Assembly (NCBI GenBank): GCA_963717145.1
Contig: OY970325.1
Span: 160,001 to 224,000, forward strand
From: an uncultured Armatimonadetes bacterium
GTDB taxonomy: Bacteria > Armatimonadota > UBA5829 > DTJY01
Length of the DNA stretch: 64,000 nt
Reading direction: 5' to 3'
The notes under the pieces: model-generated
Database searches by the model: none
What the model was told of the DNA's origin: nothing
What the model saw: the letters and a program-made list of their open reading frames with translations, nothing else
Shown: positions 50,710 through 60,723 of the stretch, piece after piece
Layout of the letters: each line of letters opens with the position of its first letter
Numbering within the stretch: the stretch's first letter is position 1
Made by a program: the position numbers and the translations under genes

Positions 50710-52222
50710 GTGAAAGAACTCGTAACACGTGCTCAGCGGGGCGATCTCGATGCCTTCGGGCAGATCGTGAATCGCTTCCAGGACATGGCGGTCGGGTATG
50801 CCTACAGCATCCTCGGCGACTTCCACCTGGCGGAGGATGCCGCTCAGGAAGCGTTCATTGGATGCTTCACTGAGTTGAGGCAGCTTCGGGAGCCGGACGC
50901 GTTTCCCTCGTGGTTCAGGCGGATCGTCTTCACTCAGTGCAGCCGCCTGACCCGTGGGAAGCGCGTGCCGATCGTCTCCCTGGAGGCCGCCGAGCAGATC
51001 GCCGACGCGCATGATCCGCTCGAGACGATCGAACGGAAGCAACTCAGCGATCGCGTCCTCGACGCGGTCCACGGGCTGCCGGACGACGAGCGCGCGGTCA
51101 TGACCCTCTTCTGCATCAACGGCTACTCACAGGCCGAGGTCGGCGCGTTCCTTGATATGCCCGTGAGCACCATCAAGAACCGCCTCCACTCGGCCCGAAC
51201 GAAACTTCGAGAAGGGATGATGGAGATGGTTGAAGAGACGTTGAGAGGAAGCGCGCCGGGCGACGAGTTCGCAGCGAAGATCAAGGGCAGGATCGACAAG
51301 CTGGAATGGGTCTCGCGATATCTTACAAGTCTTGGATGTCTGGAGGGGTGCACTAACTATCTGGGTTACAGCTATCCCGACGGATGGGTCGCCGGCGCGA
51401 CCGGAGATGCCTTCGCGATCCGGATGCATAAGGAGACGTGCCCAGCCGGCATCATCGCATGGAAACCGCCGACAGAGCTGGGTCTGAACATCGGTGTGGA
51501 CCGCGTGACCATCCTGCCGCAGATGGACGATGTTGCCGAACAGCAGCGGATCGTCTGGACCGCGACGGAGGAGGCTCTGAGGAACGGCTCGCCGTGCATC
51601 GGGTTTGCGATGGAGCAGTGGCAATCGTATCTCATCTATGGCTATGACGACGACGGTTACTACTACAAGCCGGTGATGGAGGGGGACGGCTACTTCCCGA
51701 AGGCGAAGATGGGTGTCGATGTGCCCTGCGTGATGACGATCGTTCGGAAGTCCGAACCTGCCGACGATCTGACGACCATTCGGGAAGTGTTGGACTTCGC
51801 TGTGAAGTACAACGCCGCTCCCGAGGAAGTCGCGCCCGGGTTCTTCGGGCCTCTGGAGGATTTCCGAGCCGGTGTCGAGGCCTACGACCTCTGGGCCGAA
51901 TCGCTCAGGCAGGGCCGGGCGGATGCTTTCGGCAACGGCTTCAATGCCCATATCTTCGCCGAACTCAGGCAGTTGGCGGTCAAGTTCCTGGAGGAGGCAT
52001 CGCGCCGGGTGAATGCCTCAGGGTTCGAGGAGGCGATCGGACATTACCGAACCGTGGCCGAGCAACTGCGGACCGTCGCGGACCTCTTCCCGATGTCGAC
52101 GGACCCGAATGTATGTGAAGGACAGGGATCGGATCGCTCGCGCTGTCGAGGCTCTCTCATCCGCCAAAGCCGCCGAGATTCTCGGCCTCAAGGCGATCGA
52201 GCGGATTCTGACCGGGCTCTAG
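50710..52222 (+). CDS. ECF sigma factor with C-terminal extension; probable frameshift near 52110
   Basis: Sigma regions 2 and 4 are close to the neighbour's; alternative frame VKDRDRIARAVEALSSAKAAEILGLKAIERILTGL* resembles the paralog's terminal helix. Confidence 0.85.
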
Positions 52223-52269
52223 GTTGACCACGCCTCCGGTCCAAAGCTATGATAGGGCCGGAGGTAGAC

Positions 52270-52812
52270 ATGGCTGACATTCGCCTTGAGACAGAGCGCC
52301 TGATCCTGCGAGACATCGAGGAGGACGACTGGGCATCGGTTCAGCGGTATGCGAGCATTCCGATCGTCTGCCGGTTCATGGCCTGGGGGCCGAACACGGA
52401 GCAGGATTCGAAGGATTTCGCCACGCGGGCGCAGGCAAGTCGAGGCCAGGATCCGCAGAAGGAAGTCCATCTCGGCATCATACGGAAGGACACCGGGGAG
52501 TTCATCGGCTCGTGCGGGATATCGCGCAGGGATGGTCGCATGCATGAGGCCGAAATCGGCTACTGTCTCCATCCCGACTCCTGGAACCACGGTCTCATGA
52601 CGGAAGCCGCCGGTGCATTAGTCGGCTTCGGTTTCACCGGATGGAAAGTGCACCGCATCTTCGCCCGAATCGACCCCGAGAACTTCGGCTCGATCCGGGT
52701 TGCGGAGAAGTGTGGGATGCGCCGGGAGGGACATCTCTTGAAGACCGACTGGATCAAGGGCGAGTGGCGTGACATGCTGATATACGCGATCTTGGATGAG
52801 GAGTGGAAGTAG
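52270..52812 (+). CDS. RimJ/RimL-type GNAT acetyltransferase
   Basis: LETERLILR, EIGYCL...W..GLMTEA, N.GS.RVAEK.GM..EG. Confidence 0.9.
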   Translation: MADIRLETERLILRDIEEDDWASVQRYASIPIVCRFMAWGPNTEQDSKDFATRAQASRGQDPQKEVHLGIIRKDTGEFIGSCGISRRDGRMHEAEIGYCLHPDSWNHGLMTEAAGALVGFGFTGWKVHRIFARIDPENFGSIRVAEKCGMRREGHLLKTDWIKGEWRDMLIYAILDEEWK

Positions 52813-55011
52813 ATGGAAGTCAGATTTGCGATATGCTTGCTGATCGTGTGCTGCCTGGCGACGACGGCGTCGGCAGCCGGTGTCAAGCCTGAGGGGTATG
52901 TGAGGCAGTGGACGATCCTCGGGCCGTTCCCGAACCCGGAGCGCCCGGCGACTCAGAAGGACCGTGGCGCGTTCGACATCGACTACCTGAAGTCCATCGG
53001 TAGCGAGGCGAACGCCCGGATCAAGCCGGACACCGTGGTCCTCACATCGAGCGAGGCGGCGAAGACCATCCGCGTCGAGGCTAAGGCCATTCAGATGACA
53101 GGCCCGGCGCTCGACTTCACTGCTCACTACAAGGATTCCGACCACAAGCTTGCCTATGCTTACGTCGAGGTCGACTCCTCCCGAGACCAGGAGGCGCTCT
53201 TCCTCGTCGGATCGGACGACGGCATCAAGGTCTGGGTGAACGGCAAGCTCGTCCACGAGAACTTCATCCAGCGTGCCGCCGTCGCCCGATCCGACCGCTT
53301 CACGACCAAGCTCAAGAAGGGCGCGAACACCGTCCTGTGCAAGGTGGAGAACGGTGACGGCGGCTGGGCGCTCATCCTGGAGGCATACGCCGGCAAGGAT
53401 GCCGACGACATCCTCGCCGAGATCCAGGCGGCCGAGAACGCGCGGGCGTTCCAGCGCGAGGCGATCGACCGCATCGGGTCCGGCTACGTCTTCTGGACCG
53501 GATGGTGGGGTGCGCCACGGTTCGACTGGAAGCGCCCTGACCGCGTCAGGGAGTTGGAAGGCGAGATCCCGCTCAAGGCGCGCTGGTTCGACGCCTCGCT
53601 CAATGAGGTCAAGGCGGCCGACAAGCCGGGGAGGTACATGGTCTATCTCGAAGGGAAGATGAAGGACGGCACGCCGGTCCGCCGGGCCGTGACCACCTAC
53701 TGCGATCCTCCGATGGGCATGGGCCTCGACTCGACGGCTAAGGTCGCGATGCCGTATCCCGGCAAGCCGCTCGATCCGACTGCGTGGGCTGAGCACGAGA
53801 AGCAGTTCTCGTCGGATGCCGATGGGATTCTGCGCGATGCGATCGTCGAGACCGAGAAGGGCGCGATGTTCCTCGCCGCTCTCTATGAGGCCAAACCCAC
53901 CGGCACTCCCGCGACCGTCACCGAATCGGCGCTCGTCCTGCACGATGATTATCAGCTCGCCCTGAAGCTCAAGATACTCGGAATGACGGACAAGACGAAG
54001 CCGCTCGCAGCTCCGAAGCATCTCGACAAGCCCGCGCCGGTCATCCGCGAGGGCACATCAGCGGAGGCCGGGATGAAGCCGGGCGCCAAGGAGAAGATCG
54101 ACGCCGTCTGCGCCAAGTGGGCCGAGGACTCCGGCGAGCCGTTCACCATCCTCGTCGCCCGGCACGGCGTGATCGTCACGGAGGAGGCGTTCGGGCCGGT
54201 CGATTTCGACTACCGAACCGACGTGATGTCGATCACCAAGGCCGTCTCGGGGATGCTCTTCAGCCGGTTCCTCGACCAGGGGTACTGCAAGCTCGACGAC
54301 CCGATCGGCAAGGTCGTCCCCGGCTTCCCGACGAAGGGTCAGCTCGCGCTGACCTACCGCCAGCTCTTCACCCATACGACCGGCCTCGAGGGGCACTTCG
54401 AGTGGGGCGGCATCCACAATCCTTGGCTCGACAACGTTGCGCTCACCGGCCTGCCTTACCTCCACCCCGGCTCGATCTTCCTGTACAACGGTATGGGCTA
54501 CGATCTTGCGGGCAAGGCGATGGAGTACATGACCGGCACTTCGATCATCCGTCTCTTCCACGAAGCGCTTTTCCGCCCTCTCGGGATCGACGATGTTCCG
54601 CTCGCCGGCCTCGGATACGGGGCGAACCTGACCGCCCGCGAACTCGGCATCCTCGGGCAGTTCCTCGCGAACCACGGCTCGTATGGCGACAAGCAGTTCA
54701 TCTCCGAGGAGACCTTCCAGTCGCTCCTGCCGACCGACCTGAGCAAGTACTACCCGGCCGTCAAGGTGGACTGGGGGATCGGCCTCACGTGGATGCCCGA
54801 GCACAGGCCCGGCGCGCCGTTCATGTCGCTCGATCCGAAGGACCTGATCCTCGGCGCGCGCACGGTCGGCCACGGCTCGGCGTCGAGTTGCATCCTCCGC
54901 GCCGACCTCGATCACGACCTGGTGATCGCCCAGATTCGCCGCACCGCCGGCCCGAAGTACGGGGAATACGCCCAGGAGTTCTTCACCACCATCGCGGACG
55001 AGATGGAGTAG
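52813..55011 (+). CDS. Secreted serine hydrolase (beta-lactamase family) with N-terminal beta-sandwich domain
   Basis: SITK (SxxK), LFTHTTG, FLYNGMGY, GHGS; GSDDGIKVWVNG. Confidence 0.85.
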   Translation: MEVRFAICLLIVCCLATTASAAGVKPEGYVRQWTILGPFPNPERPATQKDRGAFDIDYLKSIGSEANARIKPDTVVLTSSEAAKTIRVEAKAIQMTGPALDFTAHYKDSDHKLAYAYVEVDSSRDQEALFLVGSDDGIKVWVNGKLVHENFIQRAAVARSDRFTTKLKKGANTVLCKVENGDGGWALILEAYAGKDADDILAEIQAAENARAFQREAIDRIGSGYVFWTGWWGAPRFDWKRPDRVRELEGEIPLKARWFDASLNEVKAADKPGRYMVYLEGKMKDGTPVRRAVTTYCDPPMGMGLDSTAKVAMPYPGKPLDPTAWAEHEKQFSSDADGILRDAIVETEKGAMFLAALYEAKPTGTPATVTESALVLHDDYQLALKLKILGMTDKTKPLAAPKHLDKPAPVIREGTSAEAGMKPGAKEKIDAVCAKWAEDSGEPFTILVARHGVIVTEEAFGPVDFDYRTDVMSITKAVSGMLFSRFLDQGYCKLDDPIGKVVPGFPTKGQLALTYRQLFTHTTGLEGHFEWGGIHNPWLDNVALTGLPYLHPGSIFLYNGMGYDLAGKAMEYMTGTSIIRLFHEALFRPLGIDDVPLAGLGYGANLTARELGILGQFLANHGSYGDKQFISEETFQSLLPTDLSKYYPAVKVDWGIGLTWMPEHRPGAPFMSLDPKDLILGARTVGHGSASSCILRADLDHDLVIAQIRRTAGPKYGEYAQEFFTTIADEME

Positions 55012-55039
55012 GTCGGCAATCCGTCCTGAGAAGCCGCCC

Positions 55040-55195
55040 ACCGTCAGTCCTGAGTGCGCCGGTGAATGACGGCGTGTATCGAAGGACGGCTCTTACTGCA
55101 CCGAGCCGTCCTTCGATACACGCCCAGAGGCGTCCCTTTGGGGACGCCGGAGGCCGTCCCCAGAGGGACGCAGAGGCGCACTCAGGACTGACGGT
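55040..55195. repeat. Nested palindromic element: 21-bp outer stem enclosing two inner hairpins
   Basis: ACCGTCAGTCCTGAGTGCGCC pairs with GGCGCACTCAGGACTGACGGT; inner 22-bp and ~17-bp stems. Confidence 0.8.
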
Positions 55196-55477
55196 TACTG
55201 CTCCGGACACAGGAAGCGGCAGGAGTCCGACTCCCGCCCCAACTGGTCACTGCTCGCTGGTTACTGCCTACTTCCTGCTATCGTCCTGCCGCCATCGCCC
55301 CCAGAACAGCGAAATCTACGGGCCATCGCACCACGGATCGGCAGTGACCTCAGCGCTTCCCTGAGTCCCAACAACAAAAAAAACGTTGGTACTGTTGACA
55401 ATACCGGGTTTCATCCGTCTACTAAGTAGGCGAGCAATAAGCTCAGCCATAGCCAACTACGAAAGGAGCAGTAAGGA

Positions 55478-56569
55478 ATGACAGGGCGGAAAGTCGTTCG
55501 TTTCACTGCACTACTGGTCTTGCTCCTCGCTTGGAGCGGCTCGGCATTCGCCGGGTGGACTCTCACCAGTCTCTATCCCTCCAGCACCGTGAACTCCCAG
55601 GCCGAGGGCGTCGCCGGCCAGCAGCAAGTCGGATACGGAGCTGCCACCAGCGACAACAAGAAGCACGCCTTCCTCTGGACCGGCTCCTCGGGAAGCAGGG
55701 TGGACCTGACTCCCGCGGAGGCCACCGAGGCCTGGGCCATCGGCACATCCGGGGCGAAGCAGGTCGGGTACGCCTTGGTGGGAGGAAACACGAAGGCGTC
55801 GCTCTGGAACGGCACAGCGGGCAGTTGGGTGAACCTCAATCCGGTCGGCTACACTAGTTCCTACGCCTACGGCATGTGGAGCAACACACAGGTGGGAGCA
55901 GTGCTGACCAGCGGCGGCGCCCACGCGGGCTTGTGGCAAGGGACGGCCGGGAGTTGGGTGGATCTCAATCCCCTGAGCGCCACCAGGTCCTACGCCTACG
56001 CCGCCTGGGGCGATCAGCAGGTGGGATACGCGTACTACTCCAGCAAGGACCGCGCCGGCTTATGGACCGGCACCCCAGGAAGCTGGGTCTCGCTCCATCC
56101 CACCACCGCCAGTGCATCGTACGCTTACGATGTCTGCAACGGTCAGCAGGTCGGATACGTCAACATATCCGGCGCCAAGGCCTCTCTGTGGACCGGCACG
56201 GCCGCGAGCAGGGTTGACCTGCACCCGGCCACCGCGACCTCGTCCTATGCCTACGGCGTCTCTAATGGATACCAGGCCGGATACGCCTGGTTCCCCGGCA
56301 GTGTCAAGAAAGCCGGAGTCTGGCACGGAACGGCCGCCAGTTGGGAGGACCTTCACAGTGCGCTTCCATCCAACTACTCGGCCTCGCAGGCGAAGGACAT
56401 CGCCGTGGCGGGCGCCGATATCTGGGTCGTAGGCCTGGCTCGCAACAGCACGACCGGACGCGACGAAGCCATCCTCTGGCACTACACCATCGTCCCCGAG
56501 CCGTCGGGCCTCCTCGCGCTGGGGAGCGGCCTGCTCGCACTGGGCGGCCTCATCCGACGACGACGGTAG
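55478..56569 (+). CDS. PEP-CTERM protein with ~43-aa repeats (QQVGY...A.LW.GTA.SWVDL.P)
   Basis: Signal peptide; about 6 repeats; VPEPSG-TM-RRRR. Confidence 0.92.
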   Translation: MTGRKVVRFTALLVLLLAWSGSAFAGWTLTSLYPSSTVNSQAEGVAGQQQVGYGAATSDNKKHAFLWTGSSGSRVDLTPAEATEAWAIGTSGAKQVGYALVGGNTKASLWNGTAGSWVNLNPVGYTSSYAYGMWSNTQVGAVLTSGGAHAGLWQGTAGSWVDLNPLSATRSYAYAAWGDQQVGYAYYSSKDRAGLWTGTPGSWVSLHPTTASASYAYDVCNGQQVGYVNISGAKASLWTGTAASRVDLHPATATSSYAYGVSNGYQAGYAWFPGSVKKAGVWHGTAASWEDLHSALPSNYSASQAKDIAVAGADIWVVGLARNSTTGRDEAILWHYTIVPEPSGLLALGSGLLALGGLIRRRR

Positions 56570-56713
56570 ATCATCCCTCGCACCGTTCAGCCTTTCCACA
56601 CGGGGCAGGGGTCCAACTCCTGCCCCGACTGCTTGCCGGCCACCATTCACTTCCCCACTTCTCCCCATCGCGGTATAATGGAGTGCGAGCGCCCGAACAC
56701 CAATGGAGGCATC

Positions 56714-58021
56714 ATGGAGAACCTGAACCTGACCAGATCGCTGGAGCTATACCGCGAAGCCATCGAGATCATCCCCGGCGGGAGCCAGACGATGAGCAAG
56801 CGCGCCACCGCCTTCGCACTCGGCGCGATGCCGATCTACATCGACCGCGCGGAGGGATGCCGCGTCTGGGACGTCGACGGCAACGAGTATATCGACTTCA
56901 TCGGCGCGCTCGGCCCGATCACGCTCGGGTACTGCTATCCCGCCGTCGATGAGGCCGTCCGCGAGCAACTTGCACGAGGCTCGATCTTTCCGATGCTCAG
57001 CCCACTGGAGATCGAGGCGGCGAGGGCGATCATCGAGTGCGTCCCGTGCGCGGAGATGGTCCGCTTCCTGAAGACCGGCGCGGAGGGAACGGCCGCCGCC
57101 GCACGGATCGCGCGCGGATTCACCGGCCGCGACCTCATCGTCAGCGCGGGGTATCACGGCTGGCTCGACACCTGGGCCGCCGCGAACAATCCGCCCTCCG
57201 ATCGTGGCGTCCCGAAGTGCCTCAAGGGCTCGATCGCGACGTTCGCGTTCGGCGCGTTCGAGGGCGACAACTCCCTGGAGGCCGCGCTCGACCGCCACAA
57301 GGGCGAGGTCGCGGGAATCATCCTCGAGCCGGTCACGTACTCCAACACCGACACCGGCGACTTCCTCCGATGGGCGAGGGAGCTTGCGGACAAGCACGAG
57401 GTCCCGCTGATCTACGACGAGATCGTCTCCGGCTTCCGGGTCGCGCTCGGCGGCGCGCAGGAGCACTTCGGCGTCATCCCCGACATCGCGGTCTTCGCGA
57501 AGGGGATCTCGAACGGCCTTCCACTGGCGGCGGTCGCGGGCAGGCGGGAGATCATGAAGGTTGCGGGCGAACTGGTGATCTCCTCGACCTACGGGGGCGA
57601 TGCGCTCTCACTCGCGGCGGTCGTCGCGTGCCTGAGGGAATATCGGACCCGGGATGTCATCCCGCACCTCCATACGATGGGCGAGCGGCTGATGGATGGG
57701 GCGAACCGGATCGCGGAGGGGGTCGGCCTCGCGCTGGTGTTCAGGGGCTGGCCGGTGATGAGTTCGTTCTCGTTCGGCTATGCGCCCGAGATCAACGCCG
57801 ACCTCATGACGCTCCTGCTCCAGGAGATGGCGAAGAGGGGAGTCCTGATCCGGCGCGGCGGCCTGAACTTCATCAACTACTCGCACAAGGCCGAGCACAT
57901 CGACGCGGCGCTCGCAGCCTTCCGCGAGGTCCTCCCGATCCTCAAGGCCGCCCTCGACTCCGGTGACATCCGCAGCCACCTCGTTACCACCGAGGTCGCC
58001 GACTCCATCCGCCGGTTCTGA
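56714..58021 (+). CDS. Class III PLP aminotransferase (glutamate-1-semialdehyde aminomutase-like)
   Basis: WDVDGNEYIDF, GYHGW, ILEP, YDEIVSGFR, FAKGISNG, SSTYGG. Confidence 0.9.
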   Translation: MENLNLTRSLELYREAIEIIPGGSQTMSKRATAFALGAMPIYIDRAEGCRVWDVDGNEYIDFIGALGPITLGYCYPAVDEAVREQLARGSIFPMLSPLEIEAARAIIECVPCAEMVRFLKTGAEGTAAAARIARGFTGRDLIVSAGYHGWLDTWAAANNPPSDRGVPKCLKGSIATFAFGAFEGDNSLEAALDRHKGEVAGIILEPVTYSNTDTGDFLRWARELADKHEVPLIYDEIVSGFRVALGGAQEHFGVIPDIAVFAKGISNGLPLAAVAGRREIMKVAGELVISSTYGGDALSLAAVVACLREYRTRDVIPHLHTMGERLMDGANRIAEGVGLALVFRGWPVMSSFSFGYAPEINADLMTLLLQEMAKRGVLIRRGGLNFINYSHKAEHIDAALAAFREVLPILKAALDSGDIRSHLVTTEVADSIRRF

Positions 58022-58046
58022 ACCCATCGTTCGGGCCTACACCGTC

Positions 58047-58203
58047 GTTCGGGCCGGATTTGTAATCCGGCCCGCATTGGCAACCCATTGTTCGGGCGGA
58101 TTTGTAATCCAGCCCGCAGTGGCAAAGTGGGATCTGTGATCCCTGGGATGGCATCACAGATGCCGATTTGCCCCCTGGTGCTGGATTACAAATCCGCCCG
58201 AAC
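58047..58203. repeat. REP-like cluster (GTTCGGGC-GGATTTGTAATCC type), three units
   Basis: Units at 58047 and 58090 and an inverted unit at 58180-58203, between convergent genes. Confidence 0.8.
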
Positions 58204-58233
58204 ACCGCGTCCCGATCAAAAGCGGAAGCTCCG

Positions 58234-60642
58234 TCAGACCTCCGCTTCCGCACTCCATACGGAGCGTCTGCGTCGCAGGACGAGAGTCGCCATGCCCGCG
58301 AACCCGAAGCCGAGAGCGATCCAGCCCGCGGGCTCGGGGACTACCGATGGCGTGCTCTTCGGGTCGACCGGCTTGAGCTTGGCTTCCTTGTACTGCTGTT
58401 CGTTCTCCAGCACGACGGCCCCGCTTACCGGCGTCACGATCTGGTAGTCGGCGGCGAACCTGGCGGCGTCGGGGTGCAGACGGGTATCGCCCGCGCGGCA
58501 GACGCGCATGACCTCGTCACGCGCCCAGAGCCTCGCGATGTGCGACGAACCTCGGGCCGCCCCCGCGACTTCTCCGATCGGCACGCGCATCCTGACCATC
58601 TCCATCGAGCCGTCGCTCCATCGCGAGAAGAGCATCCTGAGGTCCTGTGACACCGTGCCGAGCCGAGGGACCGCCGATATCGCACCGGTGCGATCGAGGT
58701 CGGCCGTCACGTTGTTCCGACCGCCGGCGGTCGCCAGCGAGTGGATAGTGATCGCACCCGGATGCCGCTCGATCCACTGGAGGATCTGCTCGGTGTACGC
58801 TCCCGACGCGAACGGCTGAGCGCCGCAGACCCAGACGATCGTGCTGTTCTTCTCCCCGGCCGCCATGTAGAGCGCTTTGAGCAGCGCCGGTCGGTTGTCG
58901 ATCCCGCCGACCGACTTGAAGCCCCGTAGCGCCCCCTGCGCCGCCTTGACAGATTCTGTGCTGACCGACTGCACTTGTGTCAACTGCTCGGCCTCGTCGC
59001 CCGCGCCGATCACCGCGAACCGGCTGTTCTTCGGCAGAGCATCGAGCGCCTCCGCCACCTGTTCCTTCGCACTCTTCGAGGGCAGTGAGCCGTCCATCAC
59101 GATGACCACCGATCCGGGCGGGTTGGCCTTGACCTGCGCCAACTCCTGAACGATCGCATGCCCGTTGTCCTGCCGATCCGGAGTCCACACCCGGCGCACA
59201 TCGGCGTCTCGCTCGCACTCGATGATGCTGCCCGCAAGCTGACCGTCGGCCAGTGCAAGCTGAATGGCCCGGCCACGCTGCCCGCCTGCGCTCATATCGA
59301 GGGGCGACTCGATCAGGACCGCGTGCTTCACGCCGTCCGGTACGCCAAAGTTCCTCTCGGCGAAGCGGGGCAGGACGTAGTGCGCCTTCGACAGGTCCTC
59401 GGGCACGAGCGGAGATGTGATGCCGACGCGCACCTTCATCGTTCCGCCGCCCTCGGACACCGGGAAGCACTGCATCAGCACGCGGTCCGGCCCGCACGTC
59501 GTCACCAGCACGGGGTCTCGACTCTGGACGACCGCCACCTGCTGATACGCCTCGCGGACCTTCCCACGCCCGGCAAACGCTGCCTCGCGTTCCTCGCCGT
59601 GGACCCACAGTGTGAGCCGCGACACTACTCCGCCCGGCGGGAGTGCGATCTCGGCGCGCGCTTCCCGCTGCACCGACGAGTTGTTCCGAAACGTCATCGT
59701 CCACTCCGTGTATGCCGTGAGCGCGTCCGGGTCGACGACCGCGTCGATCCGCGACGATTCCAGTGAGAGGTCTGTCACGCGGCTGTTGACCGCCGTGCCT
59801 CCGACATCGGGATCGAATTGGAAGTCGCTCGTCATCTCCGACCGGAAGCCGATCAGCCGGGGTGGGGGCATCGAGTTGAACTGCCTGCCGGCGACTCTGT
59901 AGTAGGTGGTCCGCGCCTGTTCCCGCCGGCTGGTGTCCCAGCCTCGCCACTCAAGCGCATCGTAGGCCCAGTAGTTGACGGGCAGGTCATAGCACGCCCG
60001 AAGCAGGACCGCCTCGCTCCCGAACCGCCGGATCATGCGTACCCCGCGCGCGGCCGTTGCCTCGTCGCTCGACTGCGCCATCCCCATGCCGACGTTCGTC
60101 ACCGCCGTACTGACGATGTGCGCGCCGAGAATCACCACCGCGACGAGTATGCCCGCCCAGAGCGTTCCCCTGTGCGCCTTCTCATTTGCGTGGGAGAGTG
60201 CCTTCAGCCGCCTGCCGCAGACGATCGACGCTGCAAGCGCGAGGAACGGGCTCAATCCGCAGAGCCCGAGGCCGAACGCTACGATTCCCATCACTGAGAA
60301 CGGCGCGACCGGAAGGAAGATCAGTGAGTAGACGACCGTCGTCCCGATAGACGTGCCGAGGAGGAACGTGACCGGTTTCGCAAGGGTGAAGTTGCTCCGC
60401 AGGCAGATCATCAGCGCCGCCAGGTTGGCGATCGGTATGCAGGCGAGGAGGGCGATATGCGCGACGGTCGGCGTGGGGTCGAAGAAGATGCTGGAGCAGA
60501 GATGGAGCAGTAGCTCGACGGTAACAGCAGCGAGAGGGAGCAGGACACCGGCGAACAGGGCGAAGACCATCCAGCCGCGCCAGGGTGTCCTGGCCGCGGG
60601 GTTAGGAGGAGGTTCTGCCTGAAGATCGTTGTTCTCGGACAT
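58234..60642 (-). CDS. Multi-TM protein with VIT and vWA-like domains and a C-terminal PEP-CTERM
   Basis: N-terminal TM helices; AYTEWTMTFRN...EARAEIALPPGGVVSRLTLWV.GEEREA (VIT); VIVMDGS; VPEPAG-TM-RRRR. Confidence 0.85.
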   Translation of the reverse strand: MSENNDLQAEPPPNPAARTPWRGWMVFALFAGVLLPLAAVTVELLLHLCSSIFFDPTPTVAHIALLACIPIANLAALMICLRSNFTLAKPVTFLLGTSIGTTVVYSLIFLPVAPFSVMGIVAFGLGLCGLSPFLALAASIVCGRRLKALSHANEKAHRGTLWAGILVAVVILGAHIVSTAVTNVGMGMAQSSDEATAARGVRMIRRFGSEAVLLRACYDLPVNYWAYDALEWRGWDTSRREQARTTYYRVAGRQFNSMPPPRLIGFRSEMTSDFQFDPDVGGTAVNSRVTDLSLESSRIDAVVDPDALTAYTEWTMTFRNNSSVQREARAEIALPPGGVVSRLTLWVHGEEREAAFAGRGKVREAYQQVAVVQSRDPVLVTTCGPDRVLMQCFPVSEGGGTMKVRVGITSPLVPEDLSKAHYVLPRFAERNFGVPDGVKHAVLIESPLDMSAGGQRGRAIQLALADGQLAGSIIECERDADVRRVWTPDRQDNGHAIVQELAQVKANPPGSVVIVMDGSLPSKSAKEQVAEALDALPKNSRFAVIGAGDEAEQLTQVQSVSTESVKAAQGALRGFKSVGGIDNRPALLKALYMAAGEKNSTIVWVCGAQPFASGAYTEQILQWIERHPGAITIHSLATAGGRNNVTADLDRTGAISAVPRLGTVSQDLRMLFSRWSDGSMEMVRMRVPIGEVAGAARGSSHIARLWARDEVMRVCRAGDTRLHPDAARFAADYQIVTPVSGAVVLENEQQYKEAKLKPVDPKSTPSVVPEPAGWIALGFGFAGMATLVLRRRRSVWSAEAEV

Positions 60643-60723
60643 GACGTGCCTCCGTAAGCAGAGATCTCCGGCGCCTCCCACAGGGGGACGCCGGGCGTAA
60701 ACCGCATGCCAATAGGATATACG

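Noticed and set aside
56601-56629. GGGGCAGGA similarity to the IS3 right IR
   Set aside because: Only 9 bp, with no terminal TCA or other IS sequence; better explained as a GTCG-type palindrome.
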